A DNA stretch of 64,000 nt. It comes from Haplodiscus bocki. Lineage: Eukaryota. This document shows, in pieces, positions 13,801 to 26,275 of this stretch. The translations under genes and the position numbers were made by a program. Each line of letters starts with the position of its first letter. Position 1 is the first letter of the stretch. Below the pieces are notes generated by a model that saw nothing but the letters and a program-made list of their open reading frames with translations, was not told where the DNA came from and did not search any database. The stretch is from positions 15,934,001 through 15,998,000 of the forward strand of contig OZ296654.1 in the NCBI GenBank assembly GCA_965655095.1, in the 5' to 3' direction.

Positions 13801-16090
13801 GAAAAATCAAGACTTTCATGTATGAAGTGTCGACTTTGTTCGAAGCAAAACAAAAAAATCGAATCGGGAAAAATTACTGCAAATATCCAATTTTAATAGT
13901 TGTTTCGAGGCTTTCTAACACAAATTAGTGTTCTACGAAAATGTTGTAGCTGACGTTGTCATAACCACTCATTCCGTTTGGAGAAATCCATCTGTGAAAA
14001 TTCTGTCTTTGCCGTTCGATTCTGCTTCGGTTAACATGACTAAGAAATCATTAATTGAACGAAAACTGCTGTTAGAACAGCTGAAAACAATCTCCGAACG
14101 CTCAAGTCGGAGCTGCCCGTAAGCTTCGAAATGTATAACAGGGTATCACGAAAATTTACGTTCGTAAAAATTGGACTAAAAAACTTTACTTGCGTCGAAC
14201 TCGTATCTATGGCTTGAAAGCCCAGTGTCCCACCTTCTAGACCACCATTCGTTTCAAGGTTGGACAATGAGATATTGCTAAACCTTCTCGGGCCTTTAGC
14301 GGTGGAAAGTTTTCGGCTTTTAACTAAGTAGAACGCCGATCAAAAATTGAGAAATGAAAGAGATATAATTCTTTTTCCGCAGCAATCATCGAGTGTTAAA
14401 AAAACTTGCACAACAAACATGAAACAAACTATTGATATTTTTACCTGAAGCTCTACTTACCTAAAGTTCCACTTCATTTGAAATAGATATTGCAACGCAG
14501 TACAATGAACAGCGGATTCGAACGTGAATGCTCCAGTGAGAAACATGACCACATAGTCGTAGCACCCTGAGTGCAAATCCTCGACCCGCAACACTGAGGG
14601 CGAAATTTCGGCATACCCAATTGCACTTGTTCCTGGTTCAGGCGATTTTAGCAAAGGTGAGCTTTCTGACAAGTGTTCAGACACGTTATTTGAACTTTTC
14701 CGCGAATTTTCGAGAGACTCATACCCTTCATCTACACTTTTTTGGAACGGGTCTACATGTTTAGCCAGTATCGTAAATATCGACAAAAGTGAAAGAGCTA
14801 TGAAGCTGAAGACGAGAATCCCTTTGAATCCATGGCTCTCATAAACCCAATAACTGATTACGTAAGTTGCAGCCCACGAGAGTTGTTTAAAAACAGCGAA
14901 AACAGCTGCATTGATACTAGTCAGTTTGAGGTCATCGACATTACATAACATCAACATTGGTTGGAAGCATGTCGAGATGCCAATAGCAGCGAAACCCAGT
15001 AGTATTACGTAATCAAGATTAGAGACTCCATAACAAATACAGAAAAAGTTGGCAGCAGCACCCACGAAGCCAATGCCGATCAAACAAAGGTGGATAGTGA
15101 GACGCTGATGGGGCAATTTGCCCAAAATGACAGCTGTGATCAAGTCAAACATATCTCCTAAACACAAACAATCGTTTTATTTTGCTTGAATAGTTCTATT
15201 ACAACTTGTAGAGATGAATCGTTTGATTCGGCTGACTTCTATTTGCGTTTTGTGTCGAAAATATGCCTCTCACAACTTGAAGGATAACCCAAAATTGTTG
15301 GAAAGAGAAGAGTCCATTATAGACAAGGCCCCTTAAGCCTACTCAAAAAAACTTAAGCTTTCCAAGTTAACTAGCTATTACAGTGGTGTGAATATTCAGT
15401 TTTTTCCATTCGATTCATTATTGATCGATTAATCGATAACGCAATCGATTATCGATTCGGTACGATTACAGAGAACATACGAGAAAAGCACTATAGTTTG
15501 TTTTTAATGGATCTTTTTTGCAAAAAAAAGTCTCAGAACCAGCCTCAGATCACAAATTTTTCAGCTGCCAGCAAGTGAGGCTCACATTCTCACATTCAAC
15601 TGCAGTTTGAGTATTTTCATCAAGATTCAGACGGAAACAGATAAGCTTTTCTTCATTCTAGTTTTAGAGGGAACAATTTGCTAAATTAGCTGAAGTGCTC
15701 CTTCTATTTAACAGTCAAACGGCAGAAGAAATGCTCGATTGATTAACCGTGGATGTTACAATAATTGATAATGGTTTTGACTATTGCACAACATAATAAA
15801 TCAGTCGATTTTCTTCAATTGGAATAAAAGGTAACGGATATTCAAGGGTTTGTTGTATTGTACTAACCGGAAGCGACAGCGAGTCCAAAAAGGACAGAGC
15901 TTTCAAACTCGGAGGGTGAGACCGCGTACCAAGTCTGCAAGAGTGTTTGTGATGTCAGAATGAGAGAACCAATCATAGTCGCTCGCAAGATGTTCCTCCA
16001 TAAATCGAGGGACGCAAGTGACTGCCAGCACCCTCTCTGTTCACGAGCGCCATTTTGGACCACCACAGAAACATCACTACGGAGATCCAT
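4820..16090 (-). CDS. Multi-pass membrane protein, MFS-transporter-like (462 aa); exons 16090-15868, 15157-14461, 6213-6008, 5082-4820
   Basis: Four hydrophobic ORF segments join with compatible phases (1, 2, 1). Donors are GTTAGT, GTAAGT and GCAGGC; acceptors are tgtttag, gtttcag and ctccaag. The total is 1389 nt with no internal stop. Two hydrophobic halves flank a polar loop (QKSVDEGYESLENSRKSS...), as in 6+6 TM MFS proteins. Confidence 0.75.
5320..5435. repeat. Tandem repeat, 38 bp x3
   Basis: Three near-perfect copies of ttcaaaatattcatgaaaaaaattgaaagcagaaatag. Confidence 0.95.
6340..6610. repeat. Small non-autonomous element built from TCTTGCAAGA palindromes
   Basis: At least 6 copies or variants of the 10-bp palindrome tcttgcaaga; ends cctac.../...gtagg. 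Confidence 0.6.
6650..8880 (-). mobile_element. Decayed RTE-clade LINE (5'-truncated) in intron 2
   Basis: RT motifs KARGPDEIAGE, NQFGF, YSKAFDQV, GVRQG and IQYADETVLIA. The 3' end ...ggcacaagaagaag is an (AAG)n-type tail. Multiple frameshifts. Confidence 0.85.
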
Positions 16091-17139
16091 TCCTATTTCG
16101 TTCACTGTACAGTCCCAACGCAAACTTTTAGTACAACAACTTCACCGTGTTTATATCTTTTGGAATGCTAATGTAATTTATGAGTTGGCCTGACGCAACC
16201 TCATTGGAGTTTCTTTGAGAAAATTTGGTCGTTTAAGATTTGCAAACTATGGCAATTCCTGACGGAATTGGTGCCAGTCGATTAAAATGAACCCGGGGTA
16301 TCATATCCTTGAACTTCTTTCAAAAACACCAGATTAGCTCAATTACCAACGAAATTGAGCCTTAATTCTCGTATTTTTCCTTTTAACACTGCTCGACAGA
16401 TAACAGTGCTGGCTGATCAAAATAGTCCCCTATTTGGACTCAAAAATTGAAGCAAATCAATCAAAACCCATTTTTTGAGGCTAACTATTCAAAGCATGGC
16501 TCCCCCTACAACGCGAGGTTCTATTGGTGCAGAATAAAATCTTGGTTCAAGAGGAAAATCTTGCTCCGGAATAAGATTTGTACACAGAGGAAACTCCGTT
16601 TCGCATACACTTGCAACGAATATGAGCAAAGGCATCGACTATTTGCCAACCGACGAAAAAGGTATAATTTAACGGCTTTGTTTTCAATACGAAAAATTTA
16701 TAGAAAAATGATTTCACTGAAAATGGACAATGCAAGTGCGCGAAATAGAACCTTCAGGCTCCTCCACCCAATGCTTATATTGCGCGATTTGGAATCAGCA
16801 CTGGCTGGACGCAACCCCACCAATAGCCTTCGAGGAAAACTGGATGAAAAGCGCCAAGTTTAATTTTCCGATTTTCAAACTAAAAGTCAAGAAACTTCGC
16901 GTGCAACTGACAAAAACGAACGCTCCCAGTCCACCGCAGCTTCCTCATATTCTGGACTTTCAAATGAGTAATGGTCGGCCGCAATTCGATCAGTAAGGGT
17001 TGAGAACACTTATATGAAGTACGCAAAAAATTCATGAAATCTCGCTTCAGAAGTATGAAACGGTAAATCCCCACTTCTGTAGATTCTCAATACTGCCTGT
17101 CTTGAATTTTGAAAAAAGAAACGAAAGAGAGCCAAAGTA

Positions 17140-17620
17140 TCTTCAATTTTTCGAAGCACAAGCTAAGATGTTTTCCAATAAAAGCTGAAAACAAGTCACA
17201 CCAGCACGTTGTCGGAATCTCCCAGTAACGCAGAGTTGTATCAGCAGAGGAAGGATCCACGCGAACAGTAGACATCGAAAAACACTCGGCGAGCGACCTA
17301 AAACATCACATGATTCAAAAAACAAGCTAAAATATTTCCCGATAAAGTCAAGAAACCAACCGTTTTTGCTCCATAAGCTCCCGGCAGCTGGAAACTGAAT
17401 CACCACTGAAGGGACCCAATCAAACCAGTAGACATCGAGGAAAAGACTTTCAAATGAGCGACGTAAATCAAAACATCTCAGATTTTTCAAATACAAGTTG
17501 AGCTATATTGCGACACATGTTGAAAAAACAAACCGGCGGTTAGTCGCAAGCTTCCGGTAGCGGTGAAAAGAATCGGCAATGGAAGGACCCAAATAGACCA
17601 GTAGTCATTAAGAAAAAAAT
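17140..17620. repeat. Degenerate tandem repeat, ~165 bp x3
   Basis: Anchors acaagctaa/acaagttga at ~17158, 17322 and 17493, and cagtagacatcga/cagtagtcatt at ~17266, 17426 and 17599. Confidence 0.7.
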
Positions 17621-19229
17621 TCTACGAGACGAGAAAAAACAAGATTCCCTCATTAGAAGTACGAAAAATCGTCAAAAATTATGAAAGTTAATCTCTGCCA
17701 ACAAAAAGACACTTAGGTAGCAAAAAGTCCAGTTACCAAAAGATGGTCGCAAACCGACCAATAGTTTTAAAACTTTCAAGAGCATTGTCAAATTTCAAAT
17801 TACACAGCAAAATTTTGCGCCAGGAAATTGCGAAGCAATTAATTCCTGCCACTCAACAGGATCAACAAGTAGCGAGAATTCGCGTTAGCGCTGGATCAAC
17901 TTGACATTCGGCCATGGGAAGGACATTTTGACAGACAGCCCCTCGGTATGAATAAATTTCAACACTAGCGGGAACGCATACTTTGCCAACTAGAACGCAT
18001 AAGTTGATACTTCAGTTTGAACAGATCGAAAAAAAAATAGTTGACCATCCTATTCCATAACACTTGCTAGTCGCACGTATAACACAGGGGGGGGGGGGGC
18101 GAAGTGGAGCCTCGCAAAGGTCGAAAAATAGAAATCTCTAGTTCACCGAAAGTTCGGAACAGCAAAACCAATCATTAATCATTACCGGATAAAATGCTTT
18201 CGAAAAGAACGTGAAACTTCAAAATTATAGAAAAAATTTTACCCCAATCACAAATTAAATATTACCAGCTGTGTTTTTCTCAAAACTTCAGTCTTTTTCA
18301 GAAACTGCGAAAAAAAATTCTACAAACATGGGACCATCGTTACACCTGCAGGTTTTTAGTTTCTCTGCAAAACTATACCAAACATAGGCACAGCAGGTGG
18401 CGATGCGGCTTTTTCTTAGGCAAGCAAAGACTTGTTTCACAAGGAAGGATTTAGAAAAAACATTTCAGAGCAATGGCGAGTGAGTTTTTACCCTAACGTT
18501 TTTCTCTACGTTTTGGAGTGTTTTGGTTTTTTGGAGAGAACTTTATAAGCAATGGGAAATTTTAATTCTGCAGCATTGGCATAGCGTTTTGAGCCCGAAT
18601 TTCATTACCTTATCTTCAATGCAACGTCCGACATTCCTGTGGCAGATAAAAAGGGGGTACTACAAAATTTCTGATAATTGCTGCAAAAAATGAAATTTTG
18701 AGTTCTACATGATAATTCCGTATTTCAACCATAAGTTATCTAGACCCCAACTTTTCGCCAGGATTAGCGTAGCATTTTTGGGCTATTGACGTGGCGGATA
18801 GTCGAGGGATTAGGAGGGATAGCAAAAACAATGTTTTGAAGCAAAAAATGAGAGTATACTGTAGAATTTTTAACACAGAGGCGAAGCTGGGTCAATGGAA
18901 GACTATTGAACAGATCGAACAACTAGAATTGATTTTTGAAGGGACCACAGTATTACGAAAACTACCGACTAAACAATTAAACAGGAAGGTACTAAAGTCA
19001 GTCAATTCGCATTTATATACAAGTGTAACCAGTACGAACGCCTACAGCCGTAAATTCCATTAATATTTAAAACAAGAAGGCCGGCTAGCACCCGCATATT
19101 TTCCGTCCAACTAAAAATATTTTGATCACCTTTTGCAAACAGTTAAAAACAGAACAACTGTTTTGATATTAGTTTTCAAAGTTTTTACAAACATCAATTC
19201 GACCACTGATTTCTGTACATTATGCAAAA

Positions 19230-20290
19230 GGGTATCACGATTTTCCGTTGAAAAATATTTGTCTCACAGTGCCGAAAAATTTCGTCGAAGAACCCTTCTG
19301 TGTTTCAGAAAACTTCTGGTACCGAAAAATGTTAGGGATAAGAGAGGGGGCCCGTATCACGATTTTCTGTCAAAATTGTTTTGTGTCACAGTACCGAAAA
19401 ACTTCGTAGGTGAACCCTTGTGTTTCACAAAATTTCTAGTATCGAAAAANNNNNNNNNNNNNNNNNNNNNNNNNNNNNNNNNNNNNNNNNNNNNNNNNNN
19501 NNNNNNNNNNNNNNNNNNNNNNNNNNNNNNNNNNNNNNNNNNNNNNNNNNNNNNNNNNNNNNNNNNNNNNNNNNNNNNNNNNNNNNNNNNNNNNNNNNNG
19601 TCGAAAATTTTTTGTCTCACAGTGCCGAAGAATTTCGCAGGGAACACTTCTGTGCTGTTCCCGGTAGCTAATAAGTTTATGGATAAGAAGGGGGAAGTAT
19701 CAAGATTTTCCGTCGAAAATTTTTTGTCTCACAGTTCCGAAACATTTCGTAGAGGAACCCTTCTATGCTGTGTTTCAGAAAAAATCTGGTAGCGAAAAAG
19801 TTTATGGATAAGAGGGAGGTGGAAGTATCTAGGATTTTCCTTCGGAAATTTTTTGTCTCACAGTGCCGAAAAATGCCGTAGGGGAACCCTTTAGTCTTTC
19901 ATTAATTTCGGGTATCGAAAAAGTTTGGATTAGAGGGTGGGGGGGGGGAGTGTCAAGATTTTCCGTCGAAAATTTCTTGTCTCAGTGCCGAAAAATTTCG
20001 TAAGGCAACCCTTTAGGGTGTCAGTAATTTCGGGTATCGAAAAATTTTATGCTTCAGAGGGCTATGTCACGATTTTGTCGAATTTTTTTGTCTCACAGTG
20101 CCGAAAAAAATCGTAGGGGAACCCTTCTGTTCTGTGTTTCAGAAAATTTCCGATAGCCAAAAAGTTTATGGATAAGAGGGGGGGGGGGGAGTGTCAAGAT
20201 TTTCTGTCGAAATTTTTTTTGTCTCAGTGCCGAAAATTTTCGTAGGGGAACCCCTTAGTGTTTCACTAATTTCGAGTATCGAAAAATGTT
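19230..20290. repeat. ~120-bp satellite array spanning an assembly gap
   Basis: The anchor gtctcacagtgccgaaaa (or a variant) recurs at 19261, 19383, 19614, 19726, 19855, 19979, 20090 and 20221. The N gap 19450-19599 lies inside the array. Confidence 0.95.
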
Positions 20291-20312
20291 AGGGACAAAT
20301 CGTAAAAAATTT

Positions 20313-20381
20313 TGGCAGGGCAGTGACTCGAACCCCGAAGCTACTGCTTGAAAACCTTGTTGTCCTAAGCCTACCGCTGTC
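20313..20381 (-). other. tRNA-derived (SINE-head-like) segment
   Basis: Minus strand gacagcggtagg...GGTTCGAGTC actgccctgCCA has a B-box, an A-box-like start and a CCA end. Stems are imperfect. Confidence 0.35.
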
Positions 20382-20799
20382 ATTTATTTTTGAATAAGAA
20401 GAGTTGGCAATTTTGGTCTGAAAAAAACGACCCTACTGAATGAATAATTTTTTTTGTATATTACATATACGGCGAAAAATAACAAGCGTACATGCTGGAA
20501 CGTAGGCCCCGTGAACAAGTTTTGTAACTGCGCGAAAATGCATGAACAATTTTTTGCGAACGCGCCAGAGCGCAAAAAAACTTTGTCAAAGAAAGCCAAA
20601 GTGCATGAACAAAATCTAGGCCATAATAGGCTGGAAGGTAGACACAGATGAGTTGTGAACGGATCGGAAAAAAACGGAAGACAGATATAACACTTGTTTA
20701 CGCAAGTGTGAAGATAATTTCCTGACAAACGATAAATTTAATAATCCGTCGCTTTACGACAGCATTCTCGCAAAATTTTTTGGGCACTTAGTGTATGGA

Positions 20800-21207
20800 T
20801 ACACTCATTATCCGTTATAAGAACACACTTATTGAAATCGAGCCTCATTTGTTCTCGACGAAAACAGCGAATTGACGCTCAATTGTTCTTAAAATGTTCT
20901 TAGTCTACATGTATGACGTAATTCTCGTTCAGCCTATGAAAATACTGAGTTCTACAGCAGCAATTAATTAGTGCAGCTCTGCGGCTGCTACGTGTAATTC
21001 AACTTACAAAATTGTGCCGCTGCTAATTTCTTCGGACAAACATAAACTGTATTTAATTAGGAATTAGAATTGGAAATCCAGAATTATATTTTGTCTTACA
21101 ACACTTTTTGAATAAATTTGAGCCTGAATTGTTCTGAGTGTTCTTCAAGAAAATTTTCAGACCCCCATGTTCTTATAAAATTGTTCTTATAAAAGATGAT
21201 GAGTGTA
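20800..21207. mobile_element. MITE with ~26-bp TIRs and TA ends (Tc1/mariner-pogo type)
   Basis: tacactcattatccgttataagaaca ... tgttcttataaaagatgatgagtgta. Confidence 0.8.
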
Positions 21208-23665
21208 TTCGGGTAACATGTAACCGAGGAAAAACTGCTACGAATACCTTCACATGATTTTTTCGACAAAGTGTAAAAGTCGGTATTTTCGAACAAAAAT
21301 TCAGCAAAGCCTCGATTAGCCACCCACATTCGGGCGTTGACACACATAATTGGCGGAAATTTGATTGGCGGCTATTAGGTGGAAAATCAGGTGTTACGAT
21401 CACAGTTTTTGTTTTCGAAAACGCAGAAACTCGAAAGTTCAGTAAAGAAAGTTCAGAAATCCGTTGGTTTTCCCCAAAGAGTTGCATAGCATATTGTTGG
21501 TGGATAAGAGTACGTAGGCAGTTGAAAATACCAACTTTTTTTCGCCTTGTTAAGATAATTTCTATCACAACAGCCTTCAAATAGGTCATATCTAGGACTT
21601 CCCCGACATTGTTTCAAAAACAAACTACATTGCACGCTCGGCTAAAATTAGAATAACTATTGCAAAATGATTAATCCACATGATTGCGTGATACGGTCTC
21701 TTATTCTCAGCACTTACATCGCTTCCGCTGGATAAACCACGGCTTTTCGTTCAAATAAATTAAACAAGCACTTTCGCTTTAACGAGCACGCAAACCACCC
21801 CACCACCCACTTTGGATTCCAGCATCAGTAAATTGAATTCTTCAATGAGGTCCTTCAATGGTGGATAGATATTGCGGGACTTTGGTTTTTTGTCTTGCCT
21901 CAACTACCATCATGATGGACGGCAGTTTGGGCCATCAAAGAACCAGTGCATTGACTATACTTTGCATTTCGTATATCGTCTAACTTACCCCCTTCCTTTC
22001 GTTTATGCCCTATTTTTCAATGAAGTAATACTCGTACAGAATGTATCACGAGATTTACCAAAAATTTGGAGGTTATTTTCGAAACAAGACACCCCGCTCC
22101 CTATGATAGTATTATTGTTTGTAGGGCACTATCCATTGACTGCTTATATTAGGGGAAACCAACATTTGGAGTTCCAAGAGGCATTTTTGTTTTCCGTTTT
22201 CAAACACGTTTTTCAGAGGTTAACATGACTATCAAAGTTGAAGTTCTTGCACTGGTAACTTCAGATCAAGCAATAAACGAGTTATAAACCAAGATAACAC
22301 AATTGTTAACACAAATAAAGAACAAATCACGCACAAGCAACGAAGCAGCAAACTGTTTCACCGTTTTATAAAATCAATTAGTAATGCCGTTTTTCACTCA
22401 GTAAGTGCGTTTCATTCAATTTTGAAACCGTCTAAAAGGTATGCTGTTTTTTATCGAAAAATTTTCAAGTCTCGAATAGATAAATTATGATTTTGAATTT
22501 TTTCAAACATCAAAAGTCCTAGCTAGATTCTGCTTGAAAAAACTCTTTCTCAAAGCAAAAACTGAACAAAATTGATGATCGCTTTTGAACGGTTTTCACA
22601 ACCAACAGTTTATGTCGGGAAACTTTCAAAATTCAATTTTACCCATAACAAAATGAAGAGAAGACGAAAGATAATCAGCTAGGTTTGTCAAAAGCTCAAT
22701 TAACTAATTTGTTTCGAATGTTTTACACTGATGCAAGTTGCGTAAAATAGAACACGGATATAGTGTGTTGAAAAACCGGTCACGCATATGTGACCTTCAT
22801 TTCATCAACAGAATTGCGTAATCGGTCGCAAAATGTCAAGATATCATTACGTAATTCGAGACAACGAAATGAGCACCAACAATATACTACGAAAAGTAAC
22901 CGTCGATAACTTCAACAGAGGCAAAAACTCAAGTCCAAGTTAAAGTTCATGGATACAGTTTCACTTTAGAACTCCTATACGAACATAATATTCTCAGGTT
23001 TTGAGATAGTTTTTATACATGCTTTTTGTTTTTGCAATTGGACTAATATGTAAAGTAAGTAATTTTATTTTTACGCGGTTTCCACTATTTTTCGAAGTTT
23101 TCGCCAAAACTCTAATGATATTCCAGAGATATCGAAACCTTCACCATAGCTTTGGATGGCACCTAAACTTGTCAACTGTAACATTCTTTCGAAGAACAAA
23201 CTCCTGAGCTGCGGCGGAACAAAACTGCCTTGAACTAAAAGTATTTCTTAAGACTTATCTTGATACATGAGACAGAGATACGAATACCAAAAATACTTTC
23301 AATATAGAAGCAATGTGAAACTAGTAGAGCAAACAATAGAAACCATGAAACTTTGTTGAGTTCGGGTGGTTATTTCCCTTCTAAATTTGGAGAACTCAAA
23401 CCCATTCTTGATTTCTTTGTTTTTAAATAAAAGAGCACAAAATTGGGCCCACATTTAACTAATGAATTAATTTCTAGATAAATCATTTCAAAAGCAGAAA
23501 TAAAAACTATCATTTAAAGTTCCATCTAATTTGAACAACTTTTTATTACTTGGCGATAGATAGGAAGTCGTTTGGAGTCAACGACCTTGACCTGTTTCAC
23601 GCCTATTCTCACCCCTATTTGTGGGCCAGTGCCAAGAGTTCAAAATTGAGTTTGATACTTTCTCA

Positions 23666-25843
23666 TCATTTCCAACTTTGGACGTTGTCACTGTGTTCGC
23701 TTGATACGCCCATACTTTTCAAAATCTCTTGCAAACTTCTAATATTTTTGTCAAGTTTTTCTTCAGTGTCAACCAGATTCATGTATTCCGTCAACATTGG
23801 GTCCTGACACTTGGAGTACAGCTCGCGAAACCTTTCCTTTAGTTGTTCGTTTTCCTGCTTTTTGGCTTCTGCATTTTTGATAAACTGCTCCGTGTCTTTC
23901 TCAAGTCGTTGCAACTTCACATCGTCTTGGCCAACCATGTAAAAGTCATCTTCTTCCGTGGTGGCCGGACCTTCACTTTTTAATCTGACTGGGCATACAG
24001 TCAAAGCTGGTTTGTCATGCCCCCCATTGACTGGGTTGGACCTACTACCATCAGGAACTCTTTCGCAATCCAAACCAGGAGCAAACCCTGCCCCTGCTCC
24101 AGGCCATGCAGAGTTATTGTAATTCAAATCGTGAAAATTCCAGGGATTAGATAGCTGTAAATAAATATTAGACAATCATTTATCGTCAATTGGTATGAAA
24201 AGCGAAAACATTCGAAAATTTGGAGCCTGTGTTGATATGGAAGATTTTGAAATTAAATGAAAAACATCTAAAAGTAGTGCATTTGAGCGTGAGCGTGAAC
24301 AAAACACGACGCATTCTACAAAAATATGGTAACAAAACACCCGGCTACCACCCGGATATTTTCCGCTTAGCAGCTTTTCGAAACCTTCTTTCAAAAAAGT
24401 GACACTTTTATGTTTTCTGCAGCAAATTTTACACCTTTTCCCAATTTTTCATCACCAAATTTTCGAAGGAAAAAGAGCTTTGAGGAAGTGCCCCTATTCT
24501 ATTATTTTCCTCTCATGTTTACAGCATGGAAGGAAAATCATCCACTTAACCATGCGGTTTTTTTAACTTGGCAATGGCAAATGATAATGTCCGGACGATT
24601 CTGATTTAGAAGATTTTAAATCACCAAATTCGCCCTACAATGCGACTGAAATAATAAGATTTTTCAAATATATACGAAATTTGGGTTTCTTTTTGAAAAA
24701 TAGGGTTTTTTTTTTAAAAAAATCAGATGGTTTTCAAAATCGGCAAAGGTGGTAAATTTGCTGTAGAATGCGTATAAAATGATATTATTTCAAAAACGCC
24801 TTTTCTCACTCAAATTGAGTTTTTTCCAGCAAAAAATCGGAAAATTTTCAAATTTGGAGAAATTGGCAAATTTGCTGAAGTGGTTTTCGAAAAAGCTTTC
24901 ACCCTTCAAAAAGGCATTTTTAACAAAATTAAAGGGCGGCAAATACGCCGGTGGTAGCTGGCCGTCTTGTTCCAACTCTGCAGCAAATTTGTCATCTTTT
25001 CCCATTCAAAATATTGACTCTTTCCCATAAAAATATCAATTGTTTTTTCTAAAATCCCTACTTTTCTTCGTTTTTAAGAAATGGTACTATTTCAATCGCA
25101 TTCTATGATCTACTTGCTATAATTTGGTGGTGATATAATTTCGAGTGCACGATTATCGAGATTTTAGTGCATTTGGCAAGTAAACGTAAAAAACGCACGC
25201 TTTGAGCGTATGATTTCCCACCCATATTGAAATATGGCGGAAAGTAAGCTAAACTCAAGCCAAACGCCGAATAAAATTCAGGAGCGATTTCCACCACAAC
25301 CACCTTACCTTATTCTTGTTTTTTCGAAAACCACAAAACCCAATGTTACACAAAAGCGACAGTGAAACCCATGCACCACAACAAAATTTCTTTAAAACGT
25401 CCATAAGATCCGAAAAGTGATCTAAAAGTTCTTACTTTTGTATTCACTTCTTCATGATTCTCGGGTGATTATCCCAATACACGGACATAAAAATAAAAGA
25501 TACTCAGGCATAGAAGTGTTATCGCAACCTGAAAAGGAGGAGTATCTATTCTTGGGGGTCCCGGTAAGCTTCCGGAAGGCTGGCCAGGATCATTTGAAGG
25601 CCCAGCAATTGTTGAATTTTGGTCTGCTACCATCTCAAACAGGCGGCTTCTAGTTGTTTCCAGCGCACGATCACTCTTAGCATGAGCTTCTTCACTCTTA
25701 GCATGAGCTTCTTCCAATAACATTATTACCACTTCTTCTGGTATAAGCGAGCGAAACTCTTTCATCAGTTGGTCACATTGTAGTTGTATAATTTGTGCTG
25801 TCTCGTTGATATTGGGAGGACTCGACCCTGCGAAAAGTCTCAT
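23666..25843 (-). CDS. 267-aa protein with an N-terminal CUE/UBA-like helical motif and a C-terminal coiled coil; exons 25843-25529 and 24154-23666
   Basis: Phase-0 junction CAG|GTTGCG ... tttacag|CTA. CDQLMKEFRSLIPEEVVIMLLEEAHAKSDRALE resembles a CUE domain. Heptad-rich LQRLEKDTEQFIKNAEAKKQENEQLKERF near the C-terminus. Confidence 0.6.
24331..25245 (+). mobile_element. Family A element with a nested inverted copy (~24510-24970) inside the intron
   Basis: 5' aacaaaacacccggctaccacccggatattttccg and 3' aaatatggcggaaagta. The inner reverse copy ends ggtagctggccgtcttgtt. Internal blocks match 56038-56530. Confidence 0.65.
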
Positions 25844-25894
25844 TCATCATCAGTCAAGTGGCAAAGAGTACACTAGGGGACAAACGTAAGCGTA

Positions 25895-26275
25895 TAATGT
25901 ATTTATTCCAAAAAAGCCGCGACTTTTATTTATTTTACAAGGCGAAAACTCCGGCTTTTTATCGAGGGCAGCTTCCGTTTTATCTTCGTTTAATTCTAGA
26001 ACAAACAAACTTCTAGAAAGCCTCAAATTATAAATATTCAACGTTTTTCGGCCGCGCTCTTGACATTGACGGAAGAATTTAAACAACTGAAAAGCTCGAG
26101 TTGAAACTGATCACATTTGATCAGCAAATGTCTCAATAATGTATTCCGTATTCGACGTTTAGGAAATACTTAATAGAGGTGCGGCTTTTATTAGAGTCTG
26201 GCTTTCATTTTGTTAATGGCAGCTGAAAGCTGCTATTTTTTCGAAGGCGGCTTTTTTTTCAAATAAATGCGGTAT
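25895..26275. mobile_element. Degenerate MITE
   Basis: taatgtatttattccaaaaaagccgc versus the reverse complement of gcggcttttttttcaaataaatgcggta. Confidence 0.45.

Larger units (their letters stand above)
19071..20735 (+). mobile_element. HINE/Helentron-like non-autonomous element (family A) with an internal satellite array
   Basis: The 5' end aacaagaaggccggctagcacccgcatattttccg is shared with 24331, 24970(-) and 56038. The 3' end gaagataatttcctgacaaac resembles ggaagatgttcttctgacaaac at ~56527. Confidence 0.55.

Noticed and set aside
19133-19792. 219-aa ORF
   Set aside because: Artefact of reading through the satellite and the N gap.
19230-20290. CRISPR-like array
   Set aside because: The sequences between anchors are themselves repeated rather than unique spacers, there are no cas genes, and the context is eukaryotic. 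It is a satellite.
20313-20381. Functional tRNA gene
   Set aside because: Acceptor and anticodon stems do not pair convincingly; kept only as tRNA-derived.
23550-23670. TAB2-like NZF zinc finger after SWK
   Set aside because: The in-frame downstream sequence has stops and no CxxC pairs, so no gene symbol was assigned.
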